Assembly (NCBI GenBank): GCA_963710605.1
Contig: CAVQBA010000001.1
Location: forward strand, 299,800-363,799
Source: an uncultured cyanobacterium
Lineage (GTDB): Bacteria > Cyanobacteriota > Cyanobacteriia > Cyanobacteriales > Cyanobacteriaceae
DNA: 64,000 nucleotides
Reading direction: 5' to 3'
Of this stretch, positions 56,108 through 64,000 are shown piece by piece. The translations under genes were made by a program, and so were the position numbers. Every line of letters starts with the position of its first letter. Position 1 is the first letter of the stretch. Under the pieces are notes generated by a model. That model was not told where the DNA came from. It made no database searches and was given only the letters and a program-made list of their open reading frames with translations.

Positions 56108-56623
56108 CTATTGATTCTTAAATGCTTGTGCGATCGCTTTTTTCTGCTCGTCGTCATATTGCCATCGTTTTAAGAATTTTTGATATTCTCCTTCTCCTTG
56201 CTCGATCGTTTCTTGTAATTTTTGAGTTTTGGTTTCTGTTTGGGCTAAATTTAGTTTGTCGATTAATTCTTTACTTCTTTGGGTCACTCTAGCTGATTTA
56301 TTTGCCATTTCCTCATCGTTGTTGCGGTGATGGGCAATTTTCATACCAGTTGACATAGCTACATTTTTAACTAATAATTCGCTGACTATTTCAGGTGATG
56401 TTTTTAAACCATCAATAATTCCTGTAGATTGTCGATCGACGATCGGATTATCATCAGTTAAATAAGTCACAAAAAATCCTCTCGCACCATTTTCGGTAGC
56501 GACTAAAGAGGATACACTAGTTTCTATTTCGGCTTCATCAAGATTATCTAGTTGAGTAATCAAATTTTGGCTAAAAGCGATCGCATCTTGGAATGATATA
56601 TCGGCTGAAGCGGTTAATGTCAT
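56108..56623 (-). CDS. Conserved cyanobacterial hypothetical protein
   Basis: ENGARGFFVTYLT, LVKNVAMS, FLKRWQYDDEQ. Confidence 0.8.
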   Translation of the reverse strand: MTLTASADISFQDAIAFSQNLITQLDNLDEAEIETSVSSLVATENGARGFFVTYLTDDNPIVDRQSTGIIDGLKTSPEIVSELLVKNVAMSTGMKIAHHRNNDEEMANKSARVTQRSKELIDKLNLAQTETKTQKLQETIEQGEGEYQKFLKRWQYDDEQKKAIAQAFKNQ

Positions 56624-56954
56624 GTTTTTATGATTAATAATTAATAATTAATAATTAATCATTATATAGCGTTTCTCTTCACTTTTGAGGTAGAGTTTCC
56701 ATCTTCAAGTCCCCCTTACAAAGGGGAAGGGCTGTCACCTGAATTCATTTCAGGTGCTTGTAAGCCCTGTGGATTTAGGGGGATAAGGATTTAGAGCAAT
56801 CTATGTATGCTTCATATTCTGCGGTTTATTATTCTACCAAAAAATCAGCCATCAATTCATAACTTTAAATGAAGATTGAAAAGTGACTGATATTAAAGAA
56901 AAAATCGGTGAATTATTCTTCTAAAAATAAACCTTGTCCAGTAAGCAGTTCTAT

Positions 56955-57167
56955 TTATTTCAATTTCTGGTCTATCCATTGCTTAGCTCGGTGAATGGCA
57001 TCTTTCGTAGTCATAGCAACAGGGACAGCAACAGCACAGCCTCGGTCATAATTAACCCAAGCGGAATAAATATAATATCCATCTAATCGATCGCGCTCTA
57101 TTTCTACTTTGCAACCATGATAAACAAAAGACAGAATAATATTAGGGTAATGAGGGTCGATGATCAT
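56955..57167 (-). CDS. Small conserved hypothetical protein
   Basis: 70 aa; YSAWV..AVAVP...AIHRAKQWID. Confidence 0.7.
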   Translation of the reverse strand: MIIDPHYPNIILSFVYHGCKVEIERDRLDGYYIYSAWVNYDRGCAVAVPVAMTTKDAIHRAKQWIDQKLK

Positions 57168-57250
57168 TATTTCTGTACTTGAATATGTGTAAATAAATTT
57201 TGAAGCGAATATCTATATCTAGTTGATATTCGCCTCATTCTAAGTTCTAC

Positions 57251-57850
57251 TTAGGCATTAGCCAAATTTTGAGATACAAAATCCCAGTTAACCAATTTAT
57301 CAAGAAAATTATCAATATAACCAGGACGTTTATTTTGATAATCTAGATAGTAAGCGTGTTCCCACACATCCATGGTCAATAGAGGTACTTGTCCACTAGT
57401 TAGGGGATTATCAGCGTTTAAAGTTTTGGTAACTTTTAAGGTATCTCCATCTAAAACTAACCAAGCCCAACCACTACCAAATTGAGTCGCTCCAGCATTT
57501 TTAAATGCTTCAACGAACTTATCAAAACTACCAAAGTCAGTCTCAATTTTTTGGGCTAACTCCCCTGTAGGATTACCACCTCCATTAGGTTTAATACATT
57601 GCCAATAAAAAGAATGATTCCAAGCCTGAGCCGCATTATTAAATATTCCAGTTTTATTAGTATCTCCAGCCGTTGCTTTAATGACTTCTTCAATTGATTT
57701 GCTATCTAATTCTGTTCCTTTAACAGCATCGTTGTATTTACTCACGTAGGCGGCATGATGTTTATCATGATGAAACTCTAAAGTTTTTTGAGAAATTGTG
57801 GGTTCTAAAGCTTTGTAATCGTATGGAAGAGATGGTAATTCGTAAGCCAT
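57251..57850 (-). CDS. sodB: Fe superoxide dismutase
   Basis: HHDKHH, NNAAQAWNH (Fe-type), DVWEHAYY. Confidence 0.96.
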   Translation of the reverse strand: MAYELPSLPYDYKALEPTISQKTLEFHHDKHHAAYVSKYNDAVKGTELDSKSIEEVIKATAGDTNKTGIFNNAAQAWNHSFYWQCIKPNGGGNPTGELAQKIETDFGSFDKFVEAFKNAGATQFGSGWAWLVLDGDTLKVTKTLNADNPLTSGQVPLLTMDVWEHAYYLDYQNKRPGYIDNFLDKLVNWDFVSQNLANA

Positions 57851-58358
57851 TATTATTTTCCTCTTGTTATAAAAAATAGTCGGTTAAAAGATTGGGATTC
57901 TTGCTCTGTAATACTAACAGTAGATCGAGGAATTTGAGTCTATTCTCAATTCCATAAGTAATAGTAACTTAGTTTGTTAAAAAAAAATATGCTTGTCCCC
58001 TGCATAAGGAAGATAGACATTTGATTTTGGCAAGACAAAATTATTTAGCACTATTAGGCAAAAATAGAATGGTGCGATGTAGAAAGCCCAGTGAAATAGG
58101 ATAACAATAATTCTAATCCTGAGTGGAGAACGCAAAAGGCAAGCAAACTCATTCTGGCAATGATTACAGCAATAATTATTAATCGATCATCAAAAAGCCA
58201 CCGCTAGAAGTTTTCAAGAAGAAACGAAACTTATAGCAACAGTTTAGGGCATATATTAAACGCAAAAAAATCAGCCATCGATTCATAACTCCAAAAGAAG
58301 GTTGAAAAGTGACTGATTTTAAAGATCAAAACTGATCTGAATTTATTGAGAATAAATC

Positions 58359-58859
58359 TTAGAATAAACCTAAGGTTAAAGATTCATCAATAGGGAAGAC
58401 AGAACCAGCACCTAACCAAAGGGTTACTAAAGTACCGAATAAAAATACGGTCATAGCAATCGGACGACGGAAAGGATTTTGGAATTTGTTGATGCTTTCG
58501 ATAAAAGGAATCGACATTAAACCTAAAGGAATAGCCGCTTGACAAGCAATACCTAAAAGTTTGTTAGGTAAAATACGTAAGATTTGGAATACAGGGTATA
58601 AATACCACTCAGGTAAGATTTCCAAAGGTGTTGCAAAAGGATCGGCAGGTTCGCCTATCATTGCTGGATCTAAGATTGCTAAACCAACGATTAAACCAAA
58701 AATTCCCAAAATACAAACAGGGAACATATAAAGAATATCGTTAGGCCATGCAACTTCACCATAATAGTGGTGACCCATATTTTGAGCTAATTTAGCTCTT
58801 AAACCGGGATCGTTAAGATCGGGTTTTTTGACTAATTGAGAGTTAGGATTAGAAGACAT
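58359..58859 (-). CDS. petD: Cytochrome b6f subunit IV
   Basis: PLEILPEWY motif. Confidence 0.98.
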   Translation of the reverse strand: MSSNPNSQLVKKPDLNDPGLRAKLAQNMGHHYYGEVAWPNDILYMFPVCILGIFGLIVGLAILDPAMIGEPADPFATPLEILPEWYLYPVFQILRILPNKLLGIACQAAIPLGLMSIPFIESINKFQNPFRRPIAMTVFLFGTLVTLWLGAGSVFPIDESLTLGLF

Positions 58860-59048
58860 ATTTTTGTGTTTTCCTCAACTGATAATGTAAAGAGAACTGA
58901 TTTATAAGTCAGGATAATATTTATTTTATCTTGATTTATTTCGATTCACAGTTTTATTTTTTGTGAATACTCAAAAAGACGATCAAGTCTTATGATTAAC
59001 CCGTAAAGGTGATGTCAAAAACGATCGTCTTTCTAAATTAAATGGAAT

Positions 59049-59717
59049 TTACAATGGACCTGAAATACCTTGCTTACGGATTAGTAAGAAGTGTAATAAC
59101 ATGAACACAGCCATGAACCAAGGTAAAACAAAGGTGTGAATTGTATAAAAACGAGTCAAAGTAGATTGACCGACACTAGCACCACCTCTTAAAAGTTCAA
59201 CCATTTGGTTTCCTACTACAGGAATTGCCGCAGGTACACCAGAAACGATTTTCACCGCCCAGTAACCAACTTGATCCCAAGGTAAAGAATAACCAGTTAC
59301 ACCAAAAGAAACGGTGATAACAGCCATGGTTACACCAACTACCCAAGTTAACTCACGAGGTCTTTTAAAACCACCAGTTAAGTACACACGGAAAACGTGG
59401 AGAATTAACATCAAGACCATCATACTAGCTGACCAGCGATGGATTGAACGAATTAACCAACCAAAGTTGACTTCATTCATGATGTATTGAACTGAGCTAA
59501 AAGCCTCGGTAACTGTAGGTTTGTAATAGAATGTCATTGCAAACCCAGTCGCAAATTGAATTAAGAAGCAAGTTAATGTAATTCCACCTAAACAGTAAAA
59601 AATATTTACATGGGGCGGAACATATTTACTGCTGATATCATCGGAGATCGCTTCGACTTCTAAACGATCGTTAAACCATTTATATACAGGAGAATCGGTT
59701 ACTTGTTTAGTAAACAT
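59049..59717 (-). CDS. petB: Cytochrome b6
   Basis: [16 protein letters not shown], heme-ligand histidines, GISGPL end. Confidence 0.98.
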   Translation of the reverse strand: MFTKQVTDSPVYKWFNDRLEVEAISDDISSKYVPPHVNIFYCLGGITLTCFLIQFATGFAMTFYYKPTVTEAFSSVQYIMNEVNFGWLIRSIHRWSASMMVLMLILHVFRVYLTGGFKRPRELTWVVGVTMAVITVSFGVTGYSLPWDQVGYWAVKIVSGVPAAIPVVGNQMVELLRGGASVGQSTLTRFYTIHTFVLPWFMAVFMLLHFLLIRKQGISGPL

Positions 59718-60464
59718 TAAGCCCTAAACTATTATTTATATTATGTACAGGATTTTTATTGGCAATTTTCTAAGTGAGCTTTTCATCTCGCCCGAAAAAA
59801 GATTTATGTCATCTGCTATTTTAGTTTTTTATTACAAAATGTAACAACTAAAATGTAACGAAGAAAGACAATTAATTTTACCGTCAAAATCAATAAATCT
59901 GAATGTTTTAATTTTTACTTTCGAGAATTTATGATTCTTTGATTATATATAATCTATGGGAATTATACCATGACGTTGTAGTAAGGTTTAGCCCTAATAA
60001 CCGTAGTTATTTAGTTACTTACCATCTAAATAAAATTTAACACATTTTTCAGTGTTTTTGCTATTGTTCGACGGTAATTACTCAGAATATTTACATTATG
60101 TATAGAATGTTTTGTTTCGTGAGCTTTATGATCATATTTCAAAGAACGATCGTTACTTTTTTGAAACTATTAATCGATCGTGGTGAAAAAAGAAAATACT
60201 GGTAATTAATCAGTTTGATCAGCAAAATAGATGTCAAGTAGGACAGTAGTTTAAATAAAATTAAACTAAATCAAAAAAATTTTCCAGCCATTAATTTTGC
60301 TCAATCTGTAAGTACAAAAGATTTTACTCTCTTGTATTGGCAAATTCAGGGCTTAAAAACTATCAATCATCCTTAAAATAAGGATACTGTCCATGACTAT
60401 ATCTATTGCTTCGGTTAATTATTATTTATTCAGTTAAAAATACTCAATAAATAAATGAAGCTAT

Positions 60465-60641
60465 TTAACGAAAGCGTTTTTTACGACGGGCTACTGCTTT
60501 GCGTTTCTGCTTTTCGATGGGGGTTTCATAGTGACGCAAACGTTTAATATCTGCAAAAATACCTGCTTTAGACACTTGTCTTTTGAAACGACGTAAAGCT
60601 GATTCTATGTTTTCGTTCTGTCCCACAACCACTTGGGTCAT
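60465..60641 (-). CDS. rpsU: 30S ribosomal protein S21
   Basis: Not in the ORF track; translates [58 protein letters not shown], with an upstream AGGAGG. Confidence 0.97.
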   Translation of the reverse strand: MTQVVVGQNENIESALRRFKRQVSKAGIFADIKRLRHYETPIEKQKRKAVARRKKRFR

Positions 60642-60772
60642 GCACTCTTCCTCCTTATTAAAATAATGACTACACTAATATGATAGCTTACTATTATATC
60701 TTACAATTTTAAATTTCTGTTGAGGAATTGATTCAAAAAAATTGATACTTGAAACAACGAGGATTGAAGTCT

Positions 60773-60807
60773 GAGTAATGAGTAATGAGTAATGAGTAAT
60801 GAGTAAT
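60773..60807. repeat. Heptamer repeat (GAGTAAT) x5
   Basis: Seen directly. Confidence 0.85.
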
Positions 60808-61268
60808 TGGTATTAATTATCAATTATTATCCGACAGCCAAACTTGTACCTGAATTGTCTGTTTTTAATTCTCGCTGGACTAAAGAGATATAATTCATCT
60901 AGGCGATCGATTTTTGATTAAAGATATTTTTGTTCTTATTAGATTAATAATTGATTTAGATTAAATTAAGATTAAGTTAAACCGATTTAAAAACTATGGT
61001 TCAATATTAAACAAACAAAGGATTGAGATTAGCAAACAAAAATTATTATAGATGATTGAGAGAACCTTAATTACTTGTAAATGTGATAAATGACTATTTC
61101 GTTTGATAAATAATCAATTAGCTAATGATCACTAACTGTTTACTTTACTATTGAGTAGTTTGATGCAAAATTAAAAGAGAATCGATCGATTAACTCGGTT
61201 ATAGTCGATCGTCAAAAAGTTTTTGGTAATTCGTAACAAGGGGTTTAAAAACAATTAAAATCAAATTC

Positions 61269-61892
61269 ATGTCTAAATTAAAGTCAAAATTAAAACAAAA
61301 AAAAGTCGATCGATTTCAAATAGAAGGAAAACTTTCAGGTTTTATTTTCAAAAACGATCGTCAAATTAAATATCTCAAAATTACCTCCAAGAAAAAAAAG
61401 TATCGACTTAAATTACCAAAAAACCTACGCAATCAAATTAATGCCGATATGATAGGTAGTCGATTAGAAATTACAGGAGATAGAAAGAAAAATAGTAAAA
61501 CAGGTAAAGTTAAACTCAAAGTAAAAACAATCGAATTAGTTGAGCAAAAAGACTCAAACAAGAGAAATTTACCACTAACTGCTCAAAAACCTTTAAAAAA
61601 TAAAAAAAATAAAAAGGATAAAAAGATTCCAACTGCGGTTAAAAAATCAGCCAAGACAAAAATTTTAGTTTGTAACAAATCGAGTTGTCAAAAAAAAGGT
61701 GGGCGTGCTGTTTGTCAAGAATTAAACAGTCAAATCAAAGAGCGTCATCTTGAAGAGAATACACAAATCAAATTGACAGGATGTCTTAATAAATGTAAAA
61801 AAGGACCTAATTTAGTAGTTACACCAGATAAGGCGTTTTATAGTAAAGTCAAACCTAAACAAATTCCTCTTATTTTAGAAAAACATTGCTAA
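61269..61892 (+). CDS. Thioredoxin-like [2Fe-2S] ferredoxin domain protein
   Basis: ILVCNKSSC..TGCLNKCKKGPNL. Confidence 0.85.
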   Translation: MSKLKSKLKQKKVDRFQIEGKLSGFIFKNDRQIKYLKITSKKKKYRLKLPKNLRNQINADMIGSRLEITGDRKKNSKTGKVKLKVKTIELVEQKDSNKRNLPLTAQKPLKNKKNKKDKKIPTAVKKSAKTKILVCNKSSCQKKGGRAVCQELNSQIKERHLEENTQIKLTGCLNKCKKGPNLVVTPDKAFYSKVKPKQIPLILEKHC

Positions 61893-62005
61893 AAGCGATC
61901 GAGAAGGATTACAAAGAGTTTTTGAGTAATAAAAGTCTGATTATTAGTATCACGATGTATCATAGTACGTGGGTATTTAATAGCATTTTACTACCAATTA
62001 TGATC

Positions 62006-62473
62006 CTAATTTTTTCTTTGTTCCTCATAAAGAAGACGACGAGGTTTGTCCAATGTTGACCATTGCTCTGCTCTTGTAATTTCCGAAATGACACCGAATG
62101 ATTGATATCGATCGAATTTGTGCAATGCATGAAATTTTCCTTCGATAAGAACATAATTTAATTTAAGTATTTGTTTTTTACTTAAAATCATATCGTTAGG
62201 ATCGATTAAAATACAATTACCTGTTAAATGATAATAATCTTCTGGAGAGAGGTAGATTGCATTTCCTTCAAATTCAAGATTAAGAAATGCAGTAACTCTA
62301 ATTTTTCTGTTGTTATACTTTTGTGGGTTAGCAATCAATTCTATTATACTTACAGGTACTGGTTCTTTTGTATTAATAAAATGATAAATAGTCCATTTGG
62401 ACAGAATAAAAACTAAGCCTAAGATTATTGTATATTTCAATAAATTATTTATAAATGATTTAATCTTATTCAT
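62006..62473 (-). CDS. Hypothetical membrane-anchored protein (OB-fold-like)
   Basis: TM helix, then VSIIELIANPQKYNNRKIRV..FEGNAIY. Confidence 0.7.
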   Translation of the reverse strand: MNKIKSFINNLLKYTIILGLVFILSKWTIYHFINTKEPVPVSIIELIANPQKYNNRKIRVTAFLNLEFEGNAIYLSPEDYYHLTGNCILIDPNDMILSKKQILKLNYVLIEGKFHALHKFDRYQSFGVISEITRAEQWSTLDKPRRLLYEEQRKN

Positions 62474-62490
62474 TGGATGAGCAATTAATT

Positions 62491-62736
62491 ATGAAACTTT
62501 CACCAGTATATAAGGCAAAATTAGAAGAAAGAGAACAAATCGGATTACAAAAAGGTATTCAACAAGGGGAAGCAAGATTAATTATTCGTTTGTTAAATCG
62601 AAAAATAGGCAATATTCCCTCTGATGTGGAAAATAAAGTACTCAATTTATCTTTATCTGTCTTAGAAGATTTAGGTGAGGTTTTATTAGATTTTAATTCG
62701 ATCGATGAGCTTAGAAACTGGTTAAATACTCATTGA
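62491..62736 (+). CDS. Stand-alone DUF4351-like C-terminal module (81 aa)
   Basis: Near-identical to 63468-63713; preceded by GGATGAG. Confidence 0.6.
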   Translation: MKLSPVYKAKLEEREQIGLQKGIQQGEARLIIRLLNRKIGNIPSDVENKVLNLSLSVLEDLGEVLLDFNSIDELRNWLNTH

Positions 62737-62792
62737 TAACGATCGATTATCATAATCAAAAATTACCCTCAAAACTATCTACACATAAAAGT

Positions 62793-63713
62793 ATGAGTCA
62801 ATTTCCTCATGATGAATTTGTTAAAGAATATTTACCCGAGTTAATCCGTGAGTATGGCATCGCCTCCTCGGCTGAGAATATAACTGCTCAAAGGAGAGAA
62901 ATTGATGTCTTTTTTCAACCTAATCAACAACTGCCAATCAACAGTGAAAAGAGATTGGGTTTGTTGGCAAGATTAATTCAGACAACTTGTTTATTTGAAG
63001 TTTATCGTAATCCAGTCAAAACAGAGCAGATTAATGATTGCTTAGGTAAATTATTTGACGTACAAACCTCCATTAGAAGAGATGAAAATAAAAGTAACCA
63101 AAAAAGTTTAGTTAATCAACAAACAGCAAAATTGTGGATTCTAACGCCAACTTTATCTGCCAAAATACTAGATTCATTTTCCGCCCAATCATCTCAGGAT
63201 TGGATTAAAGGAGTCTATTTTTTACCCACAGCTTTAAAGACGGCAATAATTGTCATACATCAATTACCGAAAACAGAACAAACGTTATGGTTAAGGATAT
63301 TAGGTAAAGGAAAAATACAGGAAAATGCGATTGATGAATTAAAAACATTACCTGAAAATAACCCTTATCGAGATAACGTTTTAGAGTTGGTATCGAATTT
63401 GTTGACGATGTTAGAATTGAATCGAAGTAAGAAGAAAAAGTTAACCTCAGAGGATGAGCAATTAATTATGAAACTCTCACCAATATACAAAGCAAGATTA
63501 GAAGAAAGAGAACAAATCGGATTACAAAAAGGTATTCAACAAGGGGAGGCAACATTGATTGTTCGTTTGTTAAATCGAAAAATAGGTAATATTCCTTCTG
63601 ATGTGGAAAATAAAGTACTCAATTTATCTTTGCCTGTATTAGAAGATTTGGGTGAGGCTTTATTAGATTTTAATTCGATTGATGAGCTTAGAAACTGGTT
63701 AAATACTCATTGA
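62793..63713 (+). CDS. Rpn-like PD-(D/E)XK nuclease-fold protein with DUF4351-like C-terminus
   Basis: HDEFVKEYL, REIDVFF, CLFEVYRN, LWLRILG, GLQKGIQQG, LEDLGEALLDFNSIDELRNWL; ATG at 62793 preferred. Confidence 0.8.
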   Translation: MSQFPHDEFVKEYLPELIREYGIASSAENITAQRREIDVFFQPNQQLPINSEKRLGLLARLIQTTCLFEVYRNPVKTEQINDCLGKLFDVQTSIRRDENKSNQKSLVNQQTAKLWILTPTLSAKILDSFSAQSSQDWIKGVYFLPTALKTAIIVIHQLPKTEQTLWLRILGKGKIQENAIDELKTLPENNPYRDNVLELVSNLLTMLELNRSKKKKLTSEDEQLIMKLSPIYKARLEEREQIGLQKGIQQGEATLIVRLLNRKIGNIPSDVENKVLNLSLPVLEDLGEALLDFNSIDELRNWLNTH

Positions 63714-63769
63714 TAACGATTGATTATCATAATCAAAAATTACCCTCAAAACTATCTACACATAAAAGT

Positions 63770-64000
63770 ATGAGTCAATTTCCTCATGATGAATTTGTTA
63801 AAGAATATCTACCTGAGTTAATCCGTGAGTATGGCATCGCCTCCTCGGCTGAGAATATAACTGCTCAAAGGAGAGAAATTGATGTCTTTTTTCAACCTAA
63901 TCAACAACTGCCAATCAACAGTGAAAAGAGATTGGGTTTGTTGGCAAGATTAATTCAGACAACTTGTTTATTTGAAGTTTATCGTAATCCAGTCAAAACA
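63770..64000 (+). CDS. Second tandem copy of the Rpn-like gene (truncated by the window end)
   Basis: Near-identical to 62793 onward, offset by 977 bp. Confidence 0.85.
   Translation, partial: MSQFPHDEFVKEYLPELIREYGIASSAENITAQRREIDVFFQPNQQLPINSEKRLGLLARLIQTTCLFEVYRNPVKT

Noticed and set aside
57960-58260. Possible small ORF or ncRNA between sodB and petD
   Set aside because: Only short or stop-interrupted frames and no recognisable RNA motif; cannot be supported.
10070-62416. Short antisense or alternate-frame ORFs (10070, 11939, 12043, 16102, 16155, 18031, 20233, 27684, 27892, 30018, 33861, 40390, 44852, 45389, 53114, 61960, 62228)
   Set aside because: They overlap well-supported genes and show no recognisable motifs.
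1-64000. tRNA or rRNA genes
   Set aside because: No tRNA cloverleaf/T-loop signature or rRNA-like segment was recognised.

Overview
AT-rich chromosomal window from a cyanobacterium (petBD, Fd-GOGAT, urtA with an NtcA promoter, abundant CGATCG/HIP1-core sites, heptamer repeats; probably a unicellular Chroococcales such as Geminocystis/Cyanobacterium, which is an inference). Positions 1-8.3 kb hold a type III-B CRISPR-Cas locus: 5' part of cas10/cmr2, csx18, cas1, cas2, a 37-repeat array and a WYL regulator. 8.5-30.6 kb is mostly housekeeping (era, cobB, apt, guaB-like, urtA, HD hydrolase, histidine kinase, carB). 30.6-37.2 kb is a cassette-like accessory island of small unrelated ORFs and decaying toxin-antitoxin modules, punctuated by three repeat families. 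It is followed by an Xre regulator divergent from two coiled-coil paralogs, an LRV/NuiA-like fusion, glcF, an amidase, a REP-associated tyrosine transposase, glsF, RNase III plus an NYN protein, sodB, petBD and rpsU. The window ends in a 977-bp tandem repeat of an Rpn-like PD-(D/E)XK/DUF4351 gene preceded by an orphan C-terminal module. Several conserved genes carry single-base frameshifts that are probably assembly errors. The most interesting signals are the cassette island with CGATCG-anchored boundary motifs, the Rpn-like array, and a 24-nt in-frame CGATCG-targeting micro-element found inside two genes.
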